Positions 24,923 through 37,695 of a stretch of DNA of 64,000 bases are shown here, one piece after another. The translations under genes were made by a program, and so were the position numbers. The notes under the pieces were generated by a model that was given only the letters and a program-made list of their open reading frames with translations, made no database searches and was not told the origin of the DNA. Position 1 is the stretch's first letter; every line of letters begins with the position of its first letter. Source of the stretch: Glycera tridactyla (lineage: Eukaryota); assembly GCA_965644265.1 (NCBI GenBank), contig OZ286461.1, positions 77,686,001-77,750,000 of the forward strand. Reading direction: 5' to 3'.

Positions 24923-25595
24923 CAGGCCAGGCTCCACGCGTAAAAATACGTGCCGCACGTAAAAATATGTGCGGCACGTAAATTTACGTGCCGAAAACAG
25001 GAACCGGAAGTGGATCTAGCCAATTCAAATTCGTGTTACATTTCGTCCTCTCTCCAAGTATCATTTATAACGCCACTTTTGATTGGATAATTTATAATTT
25101 ATTTATGCTCGTCCCCTGCTCTCTTGATCTGAACGATACCGATTCCATTCACCTGTGCGAAGTGAGTAGGGTCCAAAGTCAAGAAGAGGTAAACAAACTG
25201 GCTGAAACTAGACCTTTGAACCCCCGCGCAATTGTTGCTATTAGTCTGGCGGTTGTATTCGATGTAATTATATGTACCTTAGGGTGTTTTTTATCGATTC
25301 CATGTGCCGATTTTCGATCCTATGTGCCGTTTTTGTGCAAATGAGGATTTAAATCAGCATGTCCGATTTTTTGTTGGATTTTGACCCGCCATCTTGTGTT
25401 TGGCGTCTACAACTCCGGGTTTCGCCGGTAGATGGTGGGCCGAATACGGCTGCGCCCGCTGGTTCACACAGTACGCCCATCAGATTATGCTGTCAATCGC
25501 GATACATAGCAGAACGTGTCCGCTCGCATTTCGTTCCACCGGAAGAGGAACGAGAAATATCTCGGCACGTAAAAATATGTGCGGAGCCTGACCTG
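24923..25595. mobile_element. MITE with CAGG(C/T)CAGGCTCC termini and 5-bp TSD at the 5' end of the LINE
   Basis: About 34-bp imperfect TIRs; ATTAA at 24918-24922 and 25596-25600. Confidence 0.75.
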
Positions 25596-25769
25596 ATTAA
25601 GCATGGCGTTCTCTGGTTCTTGGGTTGTTGGCTGTTTCGCCCAGGGAGCGAGGTCATCTGGAATATCAAACTGACAAGACTTGTAGTGCACACATACACA
25701 CACGCGCATTTATTTCGAATTACCATCATCATCATAATCTGGAGTACTCTGCAAGCCTATATTTATCAA

Positions 25770-25916
25770 GAATGTCCCGAGTGCCTGGTACGTTGAGAGC
25801 GTACCGGCCAAGTAGCAGTCCCCGGGGACGCACGAGTGGCCGCAGGCCACGAGTGCGTCTCCGGGGACCGGTACGAGGACGGTACGCTCTCAACGTGCCT
25901 GGCACGAGGGACATTC
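25770..25916. repeat. Palindromic (foldback) MITE-like element
   Basis: GAATGTCCC..GTACGTTGAGAGCGTACCG..CCCCGGGGACGCACGAGTGGCC / GGCCACGAGTGCGTCTCCGGGG..CGGTACGCTCTCAACGT..GGGACATTC. Confidence 0.75.
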
Positions 25917-26286
25917 TGATCTTATCATCCGATAAATGAATAGAATAATGAATCAGCTTCAATTTGGTTTTTAGATTGTGAAAATCGGACCACTGGTTGC
26001 TGAGCTATTGCGATTCTTATAGAGGTATCTTTCCTAATATCTGCCGTGACGCTATACAGATCAAATGCGCGACACAACCAGTTGACCCTTGACCTCGATT
26101 GTTTTATGACCAATCAGCGTTGGCGCACAAGCATCATGTGACCCCAGCGCAAAAAATGAAAATACCAGCTGAGCGCCGATAAGCTGAAAGGTTATCAGCA
26201 AGCGCCGAGGTGTATGGGAAGACGACACTTACCAACAACTAAGACTCAATATCGGATGATAAGGATAGTGCAGAGGCGACTGAGCA

Positions 26287-26870
26287 CAGTCGCTGGAGGC
26301 AGCATGTATACGTGCGCGTAGTGACAGACCCGCCGACGAGCGAAGCGAGGAGAAGTTACCTAACTCCAGCAGCCTGCGCACTGCCCCCACCGGCGATGTT
26401 GCGTCACTTTTGGCATTAATTCTAGCTTGAAAGTCAATGTCTCACAAAATACAAGGCACGAATCTGTAGAGGAATAAGTAATTGCATTCTGATATGCATT
26501 TGAGGTGGTTCTGATGGTTCGTTATTAAGAAATCCGCAAGTTTTTGCATGAATGCTGAGAACGTTGAAGCATACCTAGATCATGCTAGATGATCTAGGTA
26601 TGCTTCAATGTTCTCAGCAGATCTGCGAGATTATCACCTTATTAGAGCATTCAAACAAACGAAATTGTCCATACAGTTAGATATGTTCATGATAAATAAT
26701 ATCTGGCTGAAATGGTGGTCACATTCAGTGTTTTAATGAAGATTTATGGGGCAGAAGCACACAGCAATGTGAGTGTTGACATCACACCACCGCAGAGTTA
26801 GGTAACTTCTCCTCGCTTTGCTCGTCGGCGGGTCTTTCACTACGCGCATGTATGCTGCCTCCAGCGACTG
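26287..26870. mobile_element. TIR element (~80-bp TIRs) with a central 31-bp-stem hairpin
   Basis: CAGTCGCTGGAGGCAGCAT...GAGAAGTTACCTAACTC inverted at both ends; hairpin at 26553-26619. Confidence 0.75.
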
Positions 26871-28555
26871 GGCAACTGAGTTATGGGTGGAAATAAAGAT
26901 GATTTTGAGTTATCAATAAAGGTTCACATTTCCTTCTATACTGAATCACCTAGATTCACCAAAAATAACATTCTTGATGTAGCTGTGCAAAATGTTAACC
27001 AATAAATTTCGTTTTACAAACTAAATACAAAAGAAGTAGTTTTTTGTTTGTTTTGTTGGCGGTTTAACAACACATCAGCTCCATCTGGGCTATATTGTGA
27101 CGCCCATGCAATGGGCATGGGTGGGATCATCCAAGACTCCTACTTCTGGATCCCCAACAGAAGGCGAAAATTTATGAAATTCACAGACACTCAAGGTGTC
27201 ATTTCTGTTATTAAAAATGTTGACCGTGGTGTTACCATGTGAACATGAGATTCATTCACATTGCTTCCACTAGGTCAGTTATTTCAGGCCATTGTGTTAC
27301 GCAGCGAACATGGGATCAGTTCACTGGCCTCCACTTGGCCGAGACAAAAGAAGTAGACTACAGGTGGTGCCACATACATTATTTTGTCATGGACATGAAT
27401 CATGTGGTATTAGCCCTGTGATAGAGGTAGTAGAAGCAGTCTTCGAATCTAGCATTCTTCCGAATCCTCAATATAGCCCCCATGATGCTCATGAGATGTT
27501 GAACAAATTATATAATTCTCAGTAGCTCAGAAGATTGGCTTGATATCTTCCATTCTTCTCCTTCCGTTTTAGTTCATTTGTGCTTGCTGCTTCCACATTT
27601 ACTGTCCTACAAGGGAATGTCAAAACCATAGACATATATATTCATTTGAGCCCCCCCCCCCTCCCCCCCCCCCACCACCACCACCACCACGCCATCCACA
27701 TAATAGCATCTGTCATTTGATATGATGATGAAAACAAATCTATTCATCACCACCATTGCAACTACAGTCGAACCCATATATAAAGGGCACCTTCGGTCCC
27801 ATAAAAAGTGGCCTTTATGGACAGGTGGCATTTGAAGAGAGACCATTTACTGCTGGGAGACTTATATACATCATAGTGAAACTTGCAACGAGGGACTCCT
27901 CTGATGGAAGATTGCCTCAGTGTATCCGACAGAGTCAGAGTATGATATCTACATCCAGATCTCTGGAAAGGACCAACTCCTTCAACAGACTATTTGCTAT
28001 ATTATCGTGACATCTCTTCACAGTTTTACTGTAGCGAAAATAAATATGTGATGTGCGTGGATTGACTTCCGATCTTTGGTGGGAGGGGTGTGATATTGGA
28101 CCCCGAATGGTTGTCCTGGGTCGAATTCCCGATATCTGAGGTAGGTGTTTAGGGTATGATTTCCAGTTTTAAGTTGGTTGTACGCAGGTGATACACTTTA
28201 GGGCAGATATATAACATGATTTCAATGGAAAAAAATGGTTGTTATATCATCAGTATGCTATAAAATTTAAAGAAAAAAAAAGGAGTAGAAATTTTTTACA
28301 TTCATGGGTATTCATAACCTTATATGGTAGAGTGAGAGTGTCTGAAACTCTCGACCACCTGACACTATTCATCTATACAGCTCAGACAGGCTACAGAATC
28401 AGGAATTAGCACTCATGTTCGTAAAAAAACAGGATCACTGTTCGTAGAAAATAGTTGCTGGCATCACATTTTCATTTGGAATAATAATAAAGAAAAAACT
28501 AGGCCTGTAGGCCTGTAGGCCTGAAATGGTAAGCGGCAAGCGGATGAACATAGTG

Positions 28556-31320
28556 GTTGGTTGGTTGGTTGGTTGTTGGGTGGTTGGATGGATGTTTGGG
28601 TGGTTGGTTTGTTGGTTGGTTAGGTGATTAGTTGGTTTGTTGGTTGGTTGGTTTGTTGGTTGGACGGTTGGTTGGTTGCTTGGTTATTTGATCGGTTGGG
28701 TGGTTGGTCAGTTGGTTGGTTGGTTGGTCAGTTGAGTGATTGGTCAGTTGGTCGCGTGGTTGGTTAGGTGGTTGAGTGATTTGTTGGTAGGTTGGGTGGT
28801 TGGTTGGGTTGTTGGTTGGTTGGTTGGTTGGGTGGTTGGTTGGTTTATTGGTTGGGTGGTTGGTTGATCGGTTGGTTGGATGGTTAGTTGCGTTGTTGGT
28901 TGGTTGGTTGGGTGGTTGGTTGGATGGATTTTGGGTGGTTGGTTTGTTGGTTGGTTAGGTGATTAGTTGGTTGGTTGGTTTGTTGGTGGGTTGGTTTGTT
29001 GGTTGGACGGTTGGTTGTCTGATCAGTTGGGTGGTTGGTCAGTTGGTTGGTCAGTTGGGTGGTTGGTCAGATGGTAAATGGTTGGTTAGGTGGTTGAGTG
29101 GTTTGTTGGTAGGTTGGGTGGTTGGTTGTTTGGTTTGGTGGTTGGTTGCTTGGTTTGTTGGTTGGTTTATTGGTTGGGTGGTTGGTTGGTTTATTGGTTG
29201 GGTGGTTGGTTGATCGGTTGGGTGGTTGGTTGATCGGTTGGTGGATGGTTGGTTGGGTTGTTGGTTGGTTGGTTGGTTGGTTGGTTGGTTGGTTGGTTGG
29301 TTGGGTGATTGGTTGGTCGGTTGGGTGGTTGATCTGTTGATCTCGTTGTTGGTTAGGTGGTTGGGTGGTCTGTTTGTTGTTTGGTTGGTTGATTGGTTGG
29401 GTGGTTGGTTGGTTTGTTTGTTGGTTGGGTGGTTGGTTGGGTGGTAAGTTGGTTGGTTAGATGGTTGATTGGTTGGGTGGGTGGGTGGGTGGTCTGTTGA
29501 TTGGTTGGGTGGTTGGTTGGGTGGTTGGTTGGTTGGTCGGTTGTTTGTTTGGTTGGGTGATTGGTTTGTTGGTTGGATGGTTGGTTGGTTGGTTGGATGG
29601 TTAGGTGATTAGTTGGTTGGTTGGTTGGTTTGTTGGTTGGACGGTTGGTTGGTTGCTTGGTTATTTGATCGGTTGGGTGGTTGGTCAGTTGGTTGGTTGG
29701 TTGGTCAGTTGAGTGATTGGTCAGTTGGTCGCATGGTTGGTTAGGTGGTTGAGTGATTTGTTGGTAGGTTGGGTGGTTGGTTGGGTTGTTGGTTGGTTGG
29801 TTGGTTGGGTGGTTGGTTGGTTTATTGGTTGGGTGGTTGGTTGATCGGTTGGTTGGATGGTTAGTTGCGTTGTTGGTTGGTTGGTTGGGTGGTTGGTTGG
29901 ATGGATTTTGGGTGGTTGGTTTGTTGGTTGGTTAGGTGATTAGTTGGTTGGTTGGTTTGTTGGTGGGTTGGTTTGTTGGTTGGACGGTTGGTTGTCTGAT
30001 CAGTTGGGTGGTTGGTCAGTTGGTTGGTCAGTTGGGTGGTTGGTCAGATGGTAAATGGTTGGTTAGGTGGTTGAGTGGTTTGTTGGTAGGTTGGGTGGTT
30101 GGTTGTTTGGTTTGGTGGTTGGTTGCTTGGTTTGTTGGTTGGTTTATTGGTTGGGTGGTTGGTTGGTTTATTGGTTTGGTGGTTGGTTGATTGGTTGGGT
30201 GGTTGGTTGATCGGTTGGTGGATGGTTGGTTGGGTTGTTGGTTGGTTGGTTGGTTGGTTGGGTGATTGGTTGGTCGGTTGGGTGGTTGATCTGTTGATCT
30301 CGTTGTTGGTTAGGTGGTTGGGTGGTCTGTTTGTTGTTTGGTTGGTTGATTGGTTGGGTGGTTGGTTGGTTTGTTTGTTGGTTGGGTGGTTGGTTGGGTG
30401 GTAAGTTGGTTGGTTAGATGGTTGATTGGTTGGGTGGGTGGGTGGGTGGTCTGTTGATTGGTTGGGTGGTTGGTTGGGTGGTTGGTCGGTTGTTTGATTG
30501 GTTGGGTGATTGGTTTGTTGGTTGGATGGTTGGTTGGTTGGTTGGATGGTTGTCTGATTGGTTGGGTGGTTGGTCAGTTGGTTGGATGGTTAGTCAGTTG
30601 GGTGGTTGGTCAGTTGGTTGCGTGGTTGGTCAGGTGGTTGGTTGGTTAGTTGGTNNNNNNNNNNNNNNNNNNNNNNNNNNNNNNNNNNNNNNNNNNNNNN
30701 NNNNNNNNNNNNNNNNNNNNNNNNNNNNNNNNNNNNNNNNNNNNNNNNNNNNNNNNNNNNNNNNNNNNNNNNNNNNNNNNNNNNNNNNNNNNNNNNNNNN
30801 NNNNNNNNNNNNNNTGGTTGGGTGGTTGGTTGGTTTGTTGGTTGGGTGGTTGATCAGTTGTTTGAGTGGTTGGTTAGGTGGTTGGGTGGTTTGTTGGTTG
30901 GCTGGTTGGGTTGTTGGTTGGTTGGTCGGTGGTTGGTTGGTTGGATGGTTTGTTGGTTGGTTGCATGGTTGGTTGGTTGGTTGGTTGGATGGTTGTGTGG
31001 TTGTTTGGTTGATTGGGTGGGTGGGTGGGTGGTAGGGTGGATGTTTGTTAGGGAGGGTGGTTGGTTGGTTGGTTGGTTGGTTGGTTGGTTGGTTGGTTGG
31101 ATGGTTGGTTGGTTGTTGGGTGGGTGGATGAGTGGATGGGTGGGTAGGTAGTACGTAGGTACGTGGATAAGTCGGTCCGAGGGTCCGTGGGTACGTGGGT
31201 ACGTGGATAAGTGGGTAGGTGGGTACATGGGTATGTGGATAGGTGGGTACGTGGGTAGGTGGGCATGTGGGTAGGTGGGTAGTTGGGTACATGGGTACGT
31301 GAGTAGGTGGGTACCTTAGT
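28556..31320 (+). repeat. (TTGG)n / (TGGG-TAGG)n simple-repeat array with a ~980-bp internal duplication and an N gap
   Basis: Read directly; identical variant patterns recur at offset 977 (e.g. ORFs starting at 28959 and 29936). Confidence 0.95.
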
Positions 31321-31591
31321 GGTTTTGGTCTAGGTGGTCGTCATCGTGGTCGTCATCGTGGTCATCGTGGTCGTGGTCATGGTCGTTTCTCTCTCTCCCC
31401 CTCCCCTCCCCTCCCGTCCCTCCCTCCATTCCCCCCCCCTTCCCCCTCCCCTCCCCTCCCCTCCCTCCCTCCCCCTCCTCTCTTCTTCTCTATCTCTCTC
31501 TGTCTCTCTGTCTGTCTCTCTATCTGTCTGTCTGTCTGTCTCTTTCTCTCCCTCTTCATCTCCCTCTCTCGTGTCCGTTCTTGCTACCAGC

Positions 31592-31741
31592 CCTAGTCAG
31601 ACTGACCCGCCCCAGGTGGCAATACACAGAACCAGTGAAATCTATCAGGCCAGAAGTGGCCTGATCGATTTCACCGAAGCAGTAGCTATTAACAGCCCCA
31701 ATTTGGTCGCCCGTGCTGGTGAGACTGTCCCGAGAGTCTAG
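31592..31741. mobile_element. Short palindromic MITE-like element bounded by CTAG
   Basis: CTAGTCAGACT ... AGTCTAG with central hairpin GTGAAATCTATCAGGCC-AGAAGT-GGCCTGATCGATTTCAC. Confidence 0.5.
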
Positions 31742-34029
31742 GTCGTGGGCTGGCAGCACGGTGACCTCACTAACCTGCACTGACCAACACACAAGCATGC
31801 ATGCCTGGCTATTCACGGCACTATCGAGGTCATAAACGAAGGCACAGAGTCCCAATGTTAGCCTCGAATCCCATTTTGCAATCGCTTATTTATTCATATT
31901 TATTATTCAAAATGAAAATGCGATGCTAGCAACTATTCTCATGAACAGTGAACAATCACCATGAACGCCATCTCACGATTTGGTAGCCTGCTTCGGCTGT
32001 ATAAATAAATAGTGCCAGGTGGTCAAGAGTTTCCAGCACTCTCCCTTTTCCATATCAGATTATGAAAGCCCACGAAAGTAAAAAATTACTATACCTCTTT
32101 TCTGTATTATTGCATACTGGTGAAATAACATCCAATTTCGTTACCATGAATCAAGCAATATATTTTTCCGTCGGAGACGGTACTATTTTCACTTTGGGAT
32201 TCCCTCTCAATGTAGACGATAAAATCGCCTGGTTTTGTGGAGGACTCCGTAGAGAAACGTGCGAAAGTAGACATTGATAGACGACACAGTCTGAGTACGA
32301 CCCTTTGTGAAAGATGCTTTTGGAATCATCAGAATTAGATCGGCCCTTCCTGAAAAATATGCGATTTGTGTGCGAAACTATACTTCTTACGTGAAATACA
32401 GAGAAATCTTGATAAAATCGATAAATGGCTGCGTGAGAACGTTCGAAACGAAAAATATGACGAAGAAAGCGACACTTACGGATGGAGAGGGCGGAATTTC
32501 TCGGGGAAGCCTTTCCGGTGACGTCATTATATCGATATGCAAATGAGGCGGCGATCCATCCCATAATAGTTTATAAATGATTTATTCGTGTCGCGTTCAC
32601 TGATTGGCCGAATTGCCGGAATCGCGGCGAAATCGACCAATCAGCGACCTGCTTTCAAAGGGCTCTCGTCGCGAGATGTCAACAATGTGCGCAAAAGACG
32701 ATTTCAGAGCGTCTGCGCAGGTTTCGGAACCACGAGGAAGCCGATCTCACGAATGAAACGAGGAGGCCAACCCTAACATGGCCCGCTTGACATCTCCACT
32801 GTTTCTGGCGAATATTCGACGGATTCTCGGAATTTATACATGGGAGTATATACAATCGGATATCCTTGATTCAATCGTGTAAACGTTATCACCGTGAGTT
32901 CAATATTTCCATGAGAATTTTGCTGTGAAAGGCGATGTATGGATTCGCGGACCTGTATAGCATTCTAGTTGTCAACTGGTGAAAGCCGGCCGGCTTCACA
33001 TGACGACAAATACGTTTAATGGCGAAATGCAGAGGAATCACTTCGAGCTAGGTCGCGTGGGCCGAGATTTCGATGTTTTCTTTCGTTATATATGTAGTTT
33101 GAGAGTTGACACTCTGTCTATTTGTTCGTTTGAAGCGATTCCCGTCGTCTTCTAATTCGATTGTAGAAATACCAAGATGGCGATCGCGAGTTTCTTCATG
33201 CTGCTTTACAAGTCGAAAAATACGTTTTATGGCGAAATGAGGAGGAATCACTTCGAGCTAGTTCACGTGGGGCAAGATTTCGATGTTTTCTTTCGTTATA
33301 TACGCAGTTTGAGAGGTGATAACCAGTCTATTTCTTTGTTGGAGGCGAATTCCGTCATCATATGATTCGATTGTAGAAATACCAAGATGGCGATCGCGAG
33401 TTTCTTCATGCTGCTTTACAAGTCGAAAAATACGTTTTATGGCGAAATGAGGAGGAATCACTTCGAGCTAGTTCACGTGGGGCAAGATTTCGATGTTTTC
33501 TTTCGTTATATACGCAGTTTGAGAGGTGATAACCAGTCTATTTCTTTGTTGGAGGCGAATTCCGTCATCATATGATTCGATTGTAGAACACAAAAACACA
33601 GGCTCTCTCTCTCTTTCTTTCTCTCCACTCCATTCATTTTTCCTTTTAAATTACCACTTCTCCACTGTAAATCGACGACCATTCTTCTTTTTGAAGAAAT
33701 TTCTTGTTTATCTATAGGACCATACCCTGCATGGTGTTCAGATTGGTGGCATTTGCCCCAATTCCGCAGACTCTTTCAATTCCAGAATAAAAAACACGGC
33801 CGTTTTGCGATCACGGCACCGCCATGCTCCTAATATGAGAAGCTAGCGCTTCCCATAATAAGCAATTGCAAAATGGGATTCGAGGCTGGCATTGGACCTC
33901 GGTGACCTCATTTACGATGTCGATAGTGCCATGAATAGCCAGGCATGCATGCTTGTGTATTGGTGGGTGCAGGTTAGCGAGGTCACCGTGCTCATTTCAG
34001 TCAATATGGTCTGCCAGCCTACAACCTAG
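31738..34029. mobile_element. 2.3-kb non-coding TIR element (~160-bp TIRs, CTAG at both ends) carrying 210-bp tandem repeats
   Basis: 31738-31895 is the reverse complement of about 33850-34029; no transposase ORF seen. Confidence 0.7.
33017..33590. repeat. Tandem repeat, 210-bp unit, about 2.7 copies
   Basis: Identical ORFs at 33177 and 33387 (offset 210); the first copy is more diverged. Confidence 0.9.
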
Positions 34030-34066
34030 TTGGGTTAGCACATGTGCACGCATTGCCTTCATTTAA

Positions 34067-37000
34067 GAGAGAGAGACGACGACAAAGAGGACGAAGACGA
34101 AGACGAAGACGAAGACGAGGAGGAGGAGGAGGAGAAGGAGGAGGAGGAGGACGATGAAGNNNNNNNNNNNNNNNNNNNNNNNNNNNNNNNNNNNNNNNNN
34201 NNNNNNNNNNNNNNNNNNNNNNNNNNNNNNNNNNNNNNNNNNNNNNNNNNNNNNNNNNNNNNNNNNNNNNNNNNNNNNNNNNNNNNNNNNNNNNNNNATT
34301 GTGNNNNNNNNNNNNNNNNNNNNNNNNNNNNNNNNNNNNNNNNNNNNNNNNNNNNNNNNNNNNNNNNNNNNNNNNNNNNNNNNNNNNNNNNNNNNNNNNN
34401 NNNNNNNNNNNNNNNNNNNNNNNNNNNNNNNNNNNNNNNNNNNNNNNNNNNNNNNGGGCGTGGTGGCGGTGATGGTGATGATGGTTGATAGGATGGTGGT
34501 GGTGGTGGTGGTGTGGTGGCGAGGGGTGGTGGTGGTGGTGGCGGTGGTGATGGTGGTGGTGGTGGTGGCAGTGGGGGTGGTGGCGGNNNNNNNNNNNNNN
34601 NNNNNNNNNNNNNNNNNNNNNNNNNNNNNNNNNNNNNNNNNNNNNNNNNNNNNNNNNNNNNNNNNNNNNNNNNNNNNNNNNNNNNNNNNNNNNNNNNNNN
34701 NNNNNNNNNNNNNNNNNNNNNNNNNNNNNNNNNNNNNNNNNNNNNNNNNNNNNNNNNNNNNNNNNNNNNNNNNNNNNNNNNNNNNNNNNTGGGATGGTGG
34801 CGGTGGTGGTGATAGTGGTGGTGGTGGTGGCAGTGGGGGTGATGGCGGTGATGGTGGTGGTGGTGGTGATGGTGATCGTGGTGGTGGTGGTGATGATCGT
34901 TGATGGGATGATGGTTGATGGGATGGTGGTGGTTGTGGTGGTGGTGGCGAGTGGTGGTGGTGGCGGTGGTGATGGTGGTTGTGGTGGTTGTGGTAGTGGT
35001 GGTGGTGGCGGTGATGAGNNNNNNNNNNNNNNNNNNNNNNNNNNNNNNNNNNNNNNNNNNNNNNNNNNNNNNNNNNNNNNNNNNNNNNNNNNNNNNNNNN
35101 NNNNNNNNNNNNNNNNNNNNNNNNNNNNNNNNNNNNNNNNNNNNNNNNNNNNNNNNNNNNNNNNNNNNNNNNNNNNNNNNNNNNNNNNNNNNNNNNGATG
35201 GGATGTTGGTGGTGGTGGTGGAGGTGGTGGTGGTGGTTAGGGTGANNNNNNNNNNNNNNNNNNNNNNNNNNNNNNNNNNNNNNNNNNNNNNNNNNNNNNN
35301 NNNNNNNNNNNNNNNNNNNNNNNNNNNNNNNNNNNNNNNNNNNNNNNNNNNNNNNNNNNNNNNNNNNNNNNNNNNNNNNNNNNNNNNNNNNNNNNNNNNN
35401 NNNNNNNNNNNNNNNNNNNNNNNNNNNNNNNNNNNNNNNNNNNNNNNNNNNNNNNNNNNNNNNNNNNNNNNNNNNNNNNNNNNNNNNNNNNNNNNNNNNN
35501 NNNNNNNNNNNNNNNNNNNNNNNNNNTGGCAGTTTGGTGGTGGTGCTGGTGATGGCAGTGGTGGTGGTGATGATTGATGGGATGGTGGTGGCGGTGGTGG
35601 TGGTGATCGTNNNNNNNNNNNNNNNNNNNNNNNNNNNNNNNNNNNNNNNNNNNNNNNNNNNNNNNNNNNNNNNNNNNNNNNNNNNNNNNNNNNNNNNNNN
35701 NNNNNNNNNNNNNNNNNNNNNNNNNNNNNNNNNNNNNNNNNNNNNNNNNNNNNNNNNNNNNGGTGGTGTTGGTGGTGGCAGTTGTGGTGATGGCGATGAT
35801 GGTTGAGGNNNNNNNNNNNNNNNNNNNNNNNNNNNNNNNNNNNNNNNNNNNNNNNNNNNNNNNNNNNNNNNNNNNNNNNNNNNNNNNNNNNNNNNNNNNN
35901 NNNNNNNNNNNNNNNNNNNNNNNNNNNNNNNNNNNNNNNNNNNNNNNNNNNNNNNNNNNGGTGATNNNNNNNNNNNNNNNNNNNNNNNNNNNNNNNNNNN
36001 NNNNNNNNNNNNNNNNNNNNNNNNNNNNNNNNNNNNNNNNNNNNNNNNNNNNNNNNNNNNNNNNNNNNNNNNNNNNNNNNNNNNNNNNNNNNNGTGGTGG
36101 TGGTGGTGGTGAGGGTGATAATGGTTGATGGGATGGTGGTGGTGGTGGTGGTGGTGGTTGATGGGGTGGTGGTGGTGGTGGTGGTGGTGGTCATGGTTGA
36201 TGGGAATGCCAGCCGACCTACCTACCTACCTACCTACCTACCTACCTACCTACCTACCTACCTACCTACCTACCTACCTACCTACCTACCCACCCAGCCA
36301 CCTATCCACCCAGCTACCAACCCACCCACCTACTCACCCACCACGCACCTACTCACCCACCAAACCACCCAACTACCCACCCACCTACCTACTCACCCAT
36401 CCACCTACCTACCCACTAACTCACCCCCACCTACCCACCCACTCACCTACCCACCCACTCACCTACCCACCCACCCAACACCAACCCACCCAACACCCAC
36501 CCACCCGACACCCACCCACCCAACACTCACCCCTAACCTGCCCTCCCACCTGCCCAACTACCCACCCAGCTACCTACCCACCCACCTACCTACTCACCCA
36601 TCCACCTACCTACCCACTAACTCACCCCCACCTACCCACCCACTCACCTACCCACCCACTCACCTACCCACCCACCCAACACCAACCCACCCAACACCCA
36701 CCCACCCGACACCCACCCACCCAACACTCACCCCTAACCTGCCCTCCCACCTGCCCAACTACCCACCCAGCTACCTACCCACACACCTACACACCTACCC
36801 ACCAACCTACTCACCCACCAACCCACATACCCACCCGCCCACTCATCCACCCACCCACCTACCACTAACCAACCCACCTAACCACCCAACCAACTTCCCA
36901 CACACCTACCCACCCAGCTACCCACCCACCCACCTACCCATCCACTCACCTGCCTACCCAACCAACTACCCACCCACTTACCTACCCACCCACCTACCCA

Positions 37001-37695
37001 CCCACCCACCTACCCATCCACCCACCCAACCACCCACCTACCTACCTACCCACCCAGCCACCCACCCAACCTCCTACCCACCCACCTACCCATACACCCT
37101 ACCACCCACCACACACCCACCCACCCAACCCCTTACCTGCCCCTACCCATCCACCCACCTACCCACCCAACCACCCACCCAGCTACCCAGCTAACCACCC
37201 ACCTACCCACCCACCTACCTACCTAACCATCCACCTACCAACCCATCTACCCACCCACCTACCTACCTACCCACCCATCTACCTACCCACCCACTCACCC
37301 ACCGACCCACCCACTTACACACCCACCTACCTACCCATCCACTCACCTACACAGCCACCTACACACCCACCTATCCACCCACCCACTCACCACAAACCAA
37401 CCCACCTAACCACCCAACCAACCAACTTTCCACACACCTACCCACCCAGCTACCCACCCACCTACCTACCTATCCACTCACGCGCCTACCCACCCAACTA
37501 CCCACCCACTTACCTACCCACCCACCTACCCACCCACCCACCCACCCACCTACCCATCCGCCCACCCACCCACCTACCTACCTACCTACCTACCCACTCA
37601 CCCACCGACCCACCCACTTACCCACCCACTCACCTACCCATCCACTCACCTACACACCCACCGAACCACCCACCTACGCACCCACCTACCCACCC
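34067..37695. repeat. (GAG/GAC)n, (GGT)n islands between N gaps, then (CCTA/CCCA)n array with a 201-bp duplication
   Basis: Read directly; many assembly gaps between 34160 and 36093. Confidence 0.95.

Noticed and set aside
27240-28010. Exon-like segments with AG/GT signals on both strands
   Set aside because: No consistent multi-exon frame or recognisable protein; part is a CAGTCGAACC-type MITE remnant.
28556-31130. Interstitial telomere
   Set aside because: The unit is TTGG/TGGG, not TTAGGG or TTAGG.
28959-37194. Long ORFs (e.g. 711 aa at 34059-36194, 366 aa at 36094-37194, W/V/G-rich ORFs)
   Set aside because: Artefacts of simple repeats and N runs, which contain no stop codons.
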